From Takakia lepidozioides (taxonomy: Eukaryota > Plantae > Bryophyta), in assembly GCA_030704615.1 (NCBI GenBank), contig CM060733.1, forward strand, positions 62,682,001-62,746,000: a stretch of DNA of 64,000 bases, written 5' to 3'. Below, piece after piece: positions 51,801-61,784 of the stretch. The position numbers and the translations under genes were made by a program. The notes under the pieces are model-generated. The model was not told the DNA's origin. It searched no databases and saw only the letters and a list, made by a program, of their open reading frames with translations. Every line of letters starts with the position of its first letter. Positions within the stretch are counted from its first letter, which is position 1.

Positions 51801-54353
51801 ATGGGCAGGAGATACTGGGGCTGGGCTCAGTACCCTGGTGGAACAAGTACGACGACAGATACTGGAGCCACACATTCGGGTTCGCAGCCAACATGTTGGA
51901 CGACGCTGGCTGTGTTGTTGTGCTAGCAGCCGATGGAGAAATCACTGAGAATGATATCAAAGTATGGATGGGGAGAAGTGCAGCACCCATCTTGAAAAAG
52001 ATTTGGACTTGCATCAACACGCAGGGTCTTCTAAACGATGGCCAGAAGGTATGATGTGGTTCTCCTCTGCTATATCCCCCTCAAATGAGAACACAAATCG
52101 GTTGGACATCCTTCCCGCCCACATACAGGCACCTGCGAATTCATACGACACAAGCACAGCCAAACTCAAGAATGAGTCGCTTCCTCGCACAAGCAAACAT
52201 ACACAATCGGAAATGGTGTCAATTTCGGTGCCGCAATCACTTAACGCTCTCACCTGTATTTGCAGTGACATCGAGGACCCTGCCTTCAACATCCGTACAC
52301 GTTTCCATGAGCGTCTGGATGAATGCTGGACTCCTGGTCCTGCCATACCTCCAGGGCTTGCCAGACAAATCACAAAGCATGTCCTTCTCTCCCACATGGT
52401 TGAAGAGGACGTTATACTCCAGTGGATCAACTGTGGAATCAACAAGTCTTCCTGCTTGACGTAATTTGAATTTCGAATGTTCCTTCACGAAGCAGAATGC
52501 CTGAAAGATAAGAGTCTGCAAAGAAGGAAATGAAAACGTCAGAGGTGGCCTACACGTACATGTGCAATTTCGGCGCGGAAATTGGCTCCCTGGTGGAGAA
52601 TAAGTCGCCCACTGCCTCCTCTCTCACTTTCTCTGGGATCAAACTCAAATCACCTTGGAAGTGGGACCTGGCAACGACGCAGAAGCCCCGTCTTCGAGGA
52701 GTCTTACCTCTGGTGACAAGGTTAAATAACTCCCCACCAGCAGCATCACAGCAGGTGCTAGGAGTACAAGTGCAACCCTCTCTCCCCAACCACACCGTCC
52801 GAGCGTCCCCCAAAGCCTCACAACGAAGCCCAATTGGTGAACCATATGTGGCGGGGCCAAACATTCCTTGAGGTAATGACCTCCTGCCAGCCTTCTGTGT
52901 ATTCTGAGACCAAGAATAGCTCGAGGGCAGGATTGCAGTTGTGACCCCTCATGACTATCCTCTGAAAGGCAACTTTGTTCTCAGGTTGAACTCAACAAGC
53001 TGGGACCTACCAAGTATTCACTAAGGGACAATTTCAGCTGAGAGTCCAAAAAGTGGAGTGCAGACGAACCATTGATTAAGGGGTCAAGTCAGGTCAGGTC
53101 TGAAGGGTACATAGAAGGAGGAACAGAACATTCCGAGAATCACTGGTGGAATTTGTCCGACCATTTACAAAAGTGACAAGTGCATAGAGAGGGCCAGTAA
53201 TTGAACCTGTCAGCGGGAGAGTGTCGGGCCTTGTAAATAAGGGCACTCAGCACTTCAGCCTGTGACAATTCACACATACCCAAAAGCCTGTCACCTCCAT
53301 TACCTCGGAATTCTCTCCCTCTCTTTTTCAGCATCAGGCGTATTCAGACTACAAGCTGGCTTTGGAAAATGAGCTCATGTAATTGGGCACAACTGACACA
53401 TTTGTCTCATTTTTCCGACATCTTGTATCAGCCAGAGGCTTTCTTCACACTTTCCAAATGACTGTCACGAGAGCTTCTCTTGCTCCGATAAAAATCCAAG
53501 AGAGAATGCCTAGTGTGGGATCCATATGGCTCTCTTTTGGTTCTAGCCATGAGGGCAGATGGCCTTCATGGATATAACAAGTTTCCCTCTATCGGTCAAT
53601 CTGTCCTTCTCTCTCTAAAAAAACAAAATTGTTTTGCTAATCTCTCCTGTAGACCTTCTGGGCCTCTTGTCACAGGGATAATTAGATCTTGGTTTGTTCT
53701 ACCTGTCCACCATGGTTTCTCATGGCCCTCTGTGTGAATGATATGAAGCTCCTTCCTTTCTTCTTCCTCTCTCTTTAGCTTGAGATTTCTTCTTTTTCTC
53801 TAGGTGTCCCCTCTTCTTGACCTTTACAAAGCTCCTTGGTTTCCTTCTCTCCATCCTGCCCTCAAATTCTCAATTCCTCATACCATAAGATTATAGCACT
53901 CATCAAACACTCTTTGAGCAAAAAATCAGGTCGAGATGGTTCTAAAAAGTCATATTCTACTATCGGCAGTACTAACTTTCAACGTTTGCAGACCAAGATA
54001 ACACTCTCCAGCAAAAAGAACAATGCACCACCTCCCACCTTGAATAATTTGAAGAAAAGATCATCAAACAATGCCAAGGAAGAATGGAAAGCCGATGCCT
54101 GTATCTGAGCCACAACTCTCAGTTCCTCTGTGTCGAACCTGCTGGCATCGCGGACCCTCCATCCATACCCACTCACTAAGTAGTCCCCCGTTTCAATTTG
54201 GCGGGCCTACAGCGTTTGCCTCCGACTGAGGATCCCAAAAACGCAGAAGAGGACGTGGAAGGGGAGGAGGAAGAGGAAGAGGAGGAAGTCCAGGAAATTC
54301 GTACGATGCAGGGGCGCCCGAAGCCGCTTCCTCCAATGCCTGTCTTCGAGTGA
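48825..54353 (+). pseudogene. ParB-like / N6-N4 methyltransferase-like cargo gene, subfamily B (two 3' exons inverted)
   Basis: Exon-for-exon homology with copy A1: MFFVWDGNHRMLAW (~49352), ADIN|gtaagt, AIADPGLGAEFL, TRWLQIWNG..MTWW.Q, PPFFLAW, MILVDIPDG (~51791). On the minus strand 52067-52520 encodes RTRSPAFIQTLMETCTDVEGRVLDVTANTG|GACMWAGRMSNRFVFSFEGD. The acidic tail resumes on + at 54186-54353. Confidence 0.75.
52603..54185 (-). pseudogene. Fragment of a host plastid-type GNAT acetyltransferase gene (with intron), in permuted order
   Basis: DYLVSGYGWRVR...EELRVVAQIQASAFHSSLALFDDLFFKLFK|gt (54185-54039) and ag|AEVLSALIYKARHSPADR|gt (~53260-53207) resemble, from memory, plant chloroplast GNATs of the Arabidopsis At1g72030 type. 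A transit-peptide-like segment ending EEAVGD lies at ~52950-52603. Confidence 0.7.
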
Positions 54354-54433
54354 GTTGCACCATAGTAAGTGTATTGGTTTCGGTTGTAGGGACCATGCAA
54401 CCTGCCAATGATTCCCTGTTTGAATGATCTAAT

Positions 54434-55318
54434 GTGCTTCATTCTATGTTTGTGCGTACACTCAGCCTTGCAGAGTCGTCCGACGAGGAAATGCTGGGAG
54501 ACTTGCCCGAATCGGACCCTGTTGCAGAGGAGGAGACAGAATCGCATCGGCCATTCTTTGCCAGAAAATCGTTTCTTGCGAGTCCCCAGAAGAAGGCTTC
54601 CATCGTGATATTTTGGTGCAGTAATTCCTTCGTGGAATTTTATAAGGCCCATATTATGAAGGCGCACACTGGGCTATTTCGGCGCAGAAATTCCCAATAG
54701 GAATGTTAGAAACGGCAGGGTTTTCATGGCTTCAAGTTCCCGGCTCGCTGGTGTGCATAATTTACTTGTAGGGTTCTTTACTTAAGTTTGCGTCTCTTCT
54801 GCTTTTATTATACATTTACGTTGTCGGAAGAAATGTAGGGAATCGGACATGCAGTCTGAACACAATGATTTTTGAAATCGTCAATATTTTCATTAAGTGT
54901 TTCAGAACTGTACAACAAAAGGATCCAAATGAGACTTTGCTATGGTGAGGATCCGCAATCACTGTCCGATGCATCCCCGGCCTCATGCAAAGATGGCTGC
55001 CTTCCACCTGCCTCCGAACCTGCACTGCCGCTACCGCTATTACTCTGAGAAGCCCTCCCCTCAAAAATACCATCCTCACCAGCCGGAACTATCCACCTGG
55101 GTGCGGAACTGTCCTCATCATCCCCCTCGCTCTCGGACGCGGATTCCATGACGAACTTGCCTACTCTACCTTTCACAATTCTATGTTTGGCCTCACGCCT
55201 CATTATAATTCTGTGCTCATTCCCAAATTTCAATTGCTCAAACCGAGTAGGCCTATCCTCCCTCCTGATGGCTTCTCTGGCAGCCGTGTCTGCATAGGCT
55301 GGAAGAGCAAGGCACTTC
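54434..55318. pseudogene. Cargo ORF2 homolog of subfamily B, split by an inversion
   Basis: 5' part on + (HRPFFARKSFLASPQK, to ~54592); 3' part on - (CLALPAYADTAAREAIRR...PRWIVPAGEDGIFE, 55314-54940). Confidence 0.7.
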
Positions 55319-56694
55319 AGCACATTCCACTAGGGTATTTGGGCGCCGAAATAGCCCGCTCTGCGCCATAAAATACCGCAGTATATCACATTTTAAGAGG
55401 AGATTTCGGCGCCAAAATACCCCGGTGGATGTCTTCAAAACACCACTTTAGCACACTGCTCTTGGGAATTTCGGCGCCGAAATACCAAGGTCAGTGGTTT
55501 TAGGACGACGGTGGTTTTAGCACAATTTCTTCCCGTTATGTCGTGGCACCTTCTCTGTCGAGCCCCTTCTAGCCCCACTCATTTTCGATCACCTGTGTGG
55601 GTAGCCGTTGCTGGCCAATGCGGGCACGTATTGCCGTTGCCCCAGAGAAGATCACCTGAGAAGGTTTTCCGCATTGGGTTTTCAATGTTTGCATCTCCTT
55701 GTTTAAAAACAACAGTGATTACTTGTCCTTCTCCATTCCCGGTGGGCGCACACTTCCTCAATGCCGCGCTGTATAAGTGCCTTCTGCATTCAACGGAGTG
55801 GGATTGGAGGATCGCGATTGCGTGAGCCGGTGATGGGAGACATTATGGTGGAGTTGGACTTCAGTGAAGGTACACGCAGGGTGACGAGTTTCCGAGCACT
55901 TCTGTGGGATTCTCTTTGGGTGAGGCTTGCCAGTGGACAACAGTGGATACTTGTTGTGCGAGATAGACCTGGAAGACGGAGTGTTCGTCTCTTCATCATG
56001 AGATGTTGCTGCGACGAGTTCTGGAGGTCTTACAAGCATCGTTTTAGTACTCCATCAGGTCCTAACTTATACATTCTGCTTCCTACCATAGTATAAGGTC
56101 AGAACGGACATCGCAATTTGTCCAGTTGCAGACCCTCTCACGGAAATGCGGTAACGCATTCCATCGCGCTGGTCGGAAATGTCACACTTTTCAAAGTGTT
56201 GGACGGAAATTTGGCACCGCATTCCCTTGTCCAAAAAGAAGTTTCCATTGCCAAGCTGGAAATGCGTCGCCGCATTTGCAATGCCAACCTCGATGTCTGT
56301 CCAATTTATAGACCTGTGTTGGTATTTCGTGTACCTGGACGGAAATGATGCACCGCATTCCATTGTCCGACACTGAAATGCGGTTCATACATTTCCATGT
56401 CGGCACTGAAATGCGGTGCCGCATTTCCGTGTCCGACATGGCGTTACTCTGGTATATTCTAGACACATGACTCTCATACCGGTTACTCTGGTATATTCAT
56501 CCGGACAGACAAATTGTACAAATGAGACATCAAATTGTAAACAGTGGGCCAATTCCGACAATTATTCAACAGAATTATTCAGAATGAAACACAATCATAC
56601 AGAAGTGAGGTACGATGGGTTTATTGATCGGACACGATGTCTCACATTTACCAACTGCAGACAAAACTAAGCCCTTCCTCCTTCTACATGGGCT

Positions 56695-57280
56695 TCACCA
56701 AGTCGACGGAACTTCGATACCCCTCAAAACAAGCTCATTACTGCTGCGGCACCTCGAGGTAAACTGCAATGCGGTCGTTCTGCTGCCCTTGCTGGAGCCG
56801 ACGACAATGTCATGTCCATCAATGATACCACCATCATACATTGACAAGGTCACTGTGGGCCTCATGTGCCCGTGCGATTCGTCTTCGCAACTCAGCCGAA
56901 TGTCTCCATACACTGGAAGAGCGGAGTGATCTGCACGTATATAGTTTTCCCCGGTGCCGTCCTCCCTGGTCCACTGGCAGCAGTTCCAGCGCCAAAGCGA
57001 GGCCGTGCGTGATCTGTACGGCATCCCTTTCTAGCTTGGTATATCGAGGTCAACAAATTTTCAGGACCCACGGACCGCATTGACCCTCGCCCTCACCTCG
57101 CTCAAAGCGGTAATAGCCCTCCAGATACTCCATTGCGCGCAAAGACTCTTGCTTGATTCCAGCAGCGTCTGTGAAAACAGAGAGCCAGACAATGATGTCT
57201 CCTGATTCTGGTTTGAACATAGCATAATCGTGGCCATGATAATGGCAGTCGGCTGGATTTTGGCGGCATGGCATCCTTGA
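56695..57280 (-). CDS. Paralog of cargo ORF X, unknown function (possible upstream extension in another frame)
   Basis: ORF 56695-57024 aligns by eye with 37681-38112. The upstream ORF 57050-57397 may be a frameshifted 5' part. Confidence 0.5.
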
Positions 57281-57789
57281 AAAAGAGTAGCGGAGTACGC
57301 TCAATGACAGCAGCTCCCGGATGGAGGAGGAGCAGCGCGGTGGCTGGAAAAAGTTCAAGCTAACGCTGCAATTCCTCACAAACACTCCAGGGCACATTTA
57401 AATTTCCCCCTACAGGATCCTGGAGCGATGAAAATTGGTTGCTGCATGAATGTAGCCGTTTCAGTTTCCTACCCTGCCATGCAAACTATGGGCAGTCACT
57501 GCCAGGTGGGCCGATAGCCACTGGACACGACGAAGTCCATCCCCTCTTCGATGTAAATGCGGCGCCGAATTTCCATCCGGGGGGATGGACTTCGGTGGCA
57601 GATCTCAAACTATAACTTGTTGATGAGAAAGATGTATGGGTTCATCCACCTCCGTCGGTGGGTACGTGGGACCCAGATGCTCCATTATTGGAGGCCGGAC
57701 TGCTCTTCCGCTTCGCATCATTTCCAAAATCTAAGGGCTTCGTAGCTGTCCGCAAGGTCATTGTCATCGGCATCCAAGTCGTCCTCAGG

Positions 57790-60700
57790 TCATTCTGAAC
57801 CAAATTGTGGTGGCAACAACTCCTTTTTGTGGTGTTTGGCGCTTACGAATATGCTGGGTGGTTGGACAGACCCGGTGGCTCCAAATCTGGAATGGTTCCC
57901 AAAGTACCAGGGACATGTGGAGCTTCCCCAAACTAGACAAACTGTCTGACCCCACATTCGACATGTGGATGAACCGCATGACATGGTGGTTTCAGGTACT
58001 TCCCCACGCTTCGTTTGGGGCTTCTACTCTAGTAGGGGGTGGATTCATTGTATTTTTTCAGGAAAGCGATCTGATGGAGAATCTCCACAGGTGACGACGA
58101 ATGCGCAAGAGCAGCTGGACACACAAGCACATCAGTTCAAGATGGAGATATCTCCTGCAGCAGAGAGCCTACGCGACTATGTGACGAGGTACTTTCTGCT
58201 CTACAAAACCAACCTATTCTTTCGTTAGCAGATGCTCGCCGGAGCCACGAGTTCACCGACCAGCCGAACGCGGACAAAGCAGCAATGCGCCTTCTGTACA
58301 GATACACACGCGCTGCCTTTCTTTCAAGTCCTTGCATTTCAGGATGTTAGAGGCCTCATGTGGTATTAGGGAAAATGGCGCCGAATTTTCCGTCAGGGCT
58401 CCGAAAATGGCTAAGTCCCTAGACTGGCTGGCCCTGAACTGGAAATTTGGCGCCATTTTCCAGTTCTAGGCCCTATTGCCGTTCAGGGACTTAGCCATTT
58501 TCGGGCTAAGTCCCTAGACTGGCTGGCCCGGAACTGGAAATTCGGCGCCATTTTCCAGTTCTAGGCCCTATTGCCGTTCATGGACTTAGCCATTTTCGGG
58601 CTAAGTCCCTAGACTGGCTGGCCCTGAACTGGAAATTTGGCGCCATTTTCCAGTTCCAGGCCCTATTGCCGTTCAGGAACTTAGCCATTTTCGGGCTAAG
58701 TCCCTAGGGTGGCTGGCCCTGAAGTGGAAATTCGGCGCCATTTTCCAGTTCTAGGCCCTATTGCCGTTTAGGGACTTAGCCATTTTCGGGCTAAGTTCCT
58801 AGACTGGCTGGCCCCGAACTGGAAATTCGGCGCCATTTTCCAGTTCTAGGCCCTATTGCCGTTCAGGGACGTAGCCATTTTTGGGCTAAGTCCCTAGGGT
58901 GACTGGCCCTGAACTGGAAATTCGGCGCCATTTTCCAGTTCTAGGCCCTATTGCCGTTCAGGGACTTAGCCATTTTCGGGCTAAGTCCCTAGGGTGGCTG
59001 GCCCTGATTTGGAAATTCGGCGCCATTTTTCCAGTTCTAGGCCCTATTGCGGTTCTGGGACTTAGCCATCTTCGGGCCAAACCGGGAAAAATGGCGCCGA
59101 ATTTCCAGTTCAGGGCTCCCAAGATGGCTAAGTCCGTAGGGTGGCAGTCACCGAAAACCGAAATTCGGCGCCATTTTTCCATTTCTAGGCCCACTCACAT
59201 CCGCCCCAACCTGGGAAAATGGTGCCGAATATGCATTTCAGGGACCTCATTGTGTTTTTCATGAATGCAGGTACCGCAAGTTCTCCCTTTTGGAGAAAGG
59301 TCATCTGTCTTTCGAGCCACCATTCTTCCTGGCATGGAGGAACCCTGGGGCTGACTCCATGTACACTGACGATATTGTGAAGGAGTGGCATTTGGAACAT
59401 TTGCGTGATTGCCCTTGGTATGTGGACCTTCCGCCCGGCTCGCTCGACCCATCCGAGTTTCAATTGAAGCTGGATGTTGAATTCCGACGAAACCGGGCTC
59501 CGCTGCCTCAGGAAAGCGGCAGAGCTTGCTCAGGCAGGAATTCAGGAGAAATTGCATGAGAAGAGTAAAGGCCAAAGGAAAAGGACAAGGAAACAGGTGA
59601 GTGCAGTAACACCCAAAAAGAAGAAAACCATCGGGGCATCGGAGGAGGCGCAGGAGGGGACCCAAGAGAGTGACTCGGACGACGACTTTGTTCAAGGTCC
59701 TGCGACTGCTGTTGCTCCTTCCCAGTCACTGGTCGTCCGGGTTCCCAAGTCAGTTCGGAGTGGGACTGGCTCTGCCAAGAAGTTGGCATTTGAGGGCGAG
59801 CCTACACGGCGGTATTCGGTGGTGACGTTTACGCACAGGCCAAAGCTAGAACCTCCAACCATCATCCAATGCGTCAATGAGAGCTTCCTTGACGCTCTCG
59901 CTGCCAGGGCGAAGAAGGTGGCACACAGCAAGTCTCTGGCGGAGCAGAAGGGGAAAGCCAAGAAGAGGGCTGGCGGTACAGAGCCTAAAGACACCCCTGG
60001 TTTTGAAGCCATGATGGAATTCTTCACGGCTGTGAGCACGGATTGCAAGAGCACTCTGGGGGGGGGGGGGGTTGAGGTGGAGAGAGCTTGCGACATGATT
60101 CTCCTCGACATTCCAGATGGGGAGCTGCTGGAGGGCCTAGATGGTGTGCCCACCTGGAACAGGTTTACTGAGGACTACTGGAAAGCCGGGTTTGGGCTGG
60201 CGGGGATGCTTCTGGATGACGGTGGATTTGTGGTTGTCCTTGCCACGAGAGAGAAGACCACAGAGAATGCGGTGGCAAGGTGGACACCGAAAAGTGTCAC
60301 CCCGGTCCTCCTCAGAAAATGGTTCTGCATCAGTACACAGTGGTTGCGAACAGAGGGCCAAAGTGTAAGTTATCAATCTATTGCATTCACTTCATATTGT
60401 GGTGTATGTTAAGTAGACCCTGGAGTTGATCCCTTCTTTGTTGGATGTGCAGACATTGGTGTTTGAGGCATATTGCTTTGTGAAGAGAGGGTCTATGTTC
60501 AAATTCCGCAACGACGATCGTCTTGTTGATGCCGCTGTAGACCCTGTAACCTACGATGTCCTCTACAACTATGTGCCCCACTCCAGTATGCCGAAGGACA
60601 CAAAGACAGGCAAACCGTGGCGGTACAGCCGGACCCGGAGCCCTGCTTTCATCCAAACCCTCATGGAGACGTGCTCAGATGTCCAAGGGCGGATTCTGGA

Positions 60701-61784
60701 CCTCACATGCGGCACGGGTAAGCCTTCACGTGCTCAGTTTGTCCCCTGGCCCGATTGCAATTGCATGCCGCAAGCTATTAACCGCCCGCTTTGTTCCTCA
60801 GGTGCTTCAATGTGGGCAGGGACGTTGTCCGACAGGCATGTGTTTGCCTTCGAGCCAGATACTGCCCTCCACAACTCGGAACTTGCAGCGGCTGAACGTC
60901 TGCCGAAAGAGGAAGAGGCATCCTCGGAGGATGAGGAAAAATCTGAGAAGGAGCAGGGGGAGGAACAAGTTGGGATAGAGGCCGAGGAGCCCCCGGTGTA
61001 CGAGTGAGTGGTGGCATTGTAAGTTGCCTCCAGATTTCGTGAGGCACCTCCCTTCGCTCTCTTATTACCCTTTCTGCTTCTGCTGGTATTGACATTCGTG
61101 AAGTGGATTTGTTCTTACTATAGGATGCCAAGTACGGCAGGAGGGACGTCTACACCGGAGTTCATGGGCAGGAGGAACGTGCCTTTTTTTGCCAGGGGGG
61201 ATTTCATGCCTAGTCCAGAAAGGGACTACATCCTTCCTACTTATGCTGCCCGGCTTGCTTCGGTGTCCATTAGGAGGTGTTCCGAACCTAGTCGTGTACA
61301 ACAGATTTTAGACAAGGCAAGCCTCAAGAAAATGAAGATGAGGGAGGAGGCAGCAGCTATTAGAGCCCGTCGGGCTCGTAGATTTGTCTTGGATTCTGCT
61401 GAGGAAAGTGGGGGAGAAGAGGCAAAAGATTCCCAGGAGGTGAGGTGGACAGTCCCCCAAGGAGAGGACGACATTTTTGAGAGGCATACTGCAACCGATG
61501 CATCACAGAGCTCGGAGGATGAGGGGGATGAGGGGGATGAGGAAGAAGGTGGGGCAAGTTCCTCGGAGGGTGTAGGAGAGTAGTGCCCATTCCGGCTATG
61601 ACAGTTAGAACACACTTGTATAGATGTGGCTTGCCACAAAATTTGCAATAAAATGTTGCATTTCAAGTCCACTGGTGCCACATTCCAACTTCACATGACC
61701 CTATTTCCGTGGACTCACAATGGTCTGCTCATGCTTTTTTTTTTTCCGCTCATGCTCATGCCGCTCATGAAATAGCAGCCCCCC
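57790..61784 (+). mobile_element. Subfamily A copy 2 (5'-truncated): 3' half of ParB-MTase gene (to 61007), ORF2 (61089-61583) and terminal TIR
   Basis: Near-identical reverse complement of 7531-11290. Ends ...CCGCTCATGAAATAGCAGCCCCCC at 61784. Intact acceptor atgcag|GTAC at ~59270 and a short deletion near 59505. Confidence 0.9.
58375..59230. repeat. Intronic 95-bp tandem repeat (7 units)
   Basis: Units start at 58421, 58516, 58611, 58706, 58801, 58896 and 58991. Confidence 0.95.

Larger units (their letters stand above)
36583..57780. mobile_element. TIR DNA transposon, subfamily B (near full-length transposase; interrupted by an assembly gap, a chromovirus and inversions; right end not seen)
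   Basis: Left terminus GGGGGGTTGCTATTCCATGAGCTCATGAGC resembles the subfamily A TIR. Same divergent transposase / ParB-MTase / ORF2 layout and the same palindrome family throughout. Right boundary approximate. Confidence 0.75.

Noticed and set aside
55511-56096. Additional cargo ORFs (55579-55761 -, 55761-56096 +)
   Set aside because: No homolog in the window and no recognisable motif; cannot be supported without a search.
58375-59230. CRISPR array interpretation of the palindromic 95-bp repeats (also 10180-10705, 18230-18900)
   Set aside because: Whole units repeat with no unique spacers, the arrays lie in spliceosomal introns or non-coding element DNA, and there are no cas genes.
36583-61784. 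A single intact 25-kb transposon insertion
   Set aside because: The ends come from different subfamilies, the flanks (CAACAC / TGATTT) show no duplication, and only the right flank is Gypsy pol.
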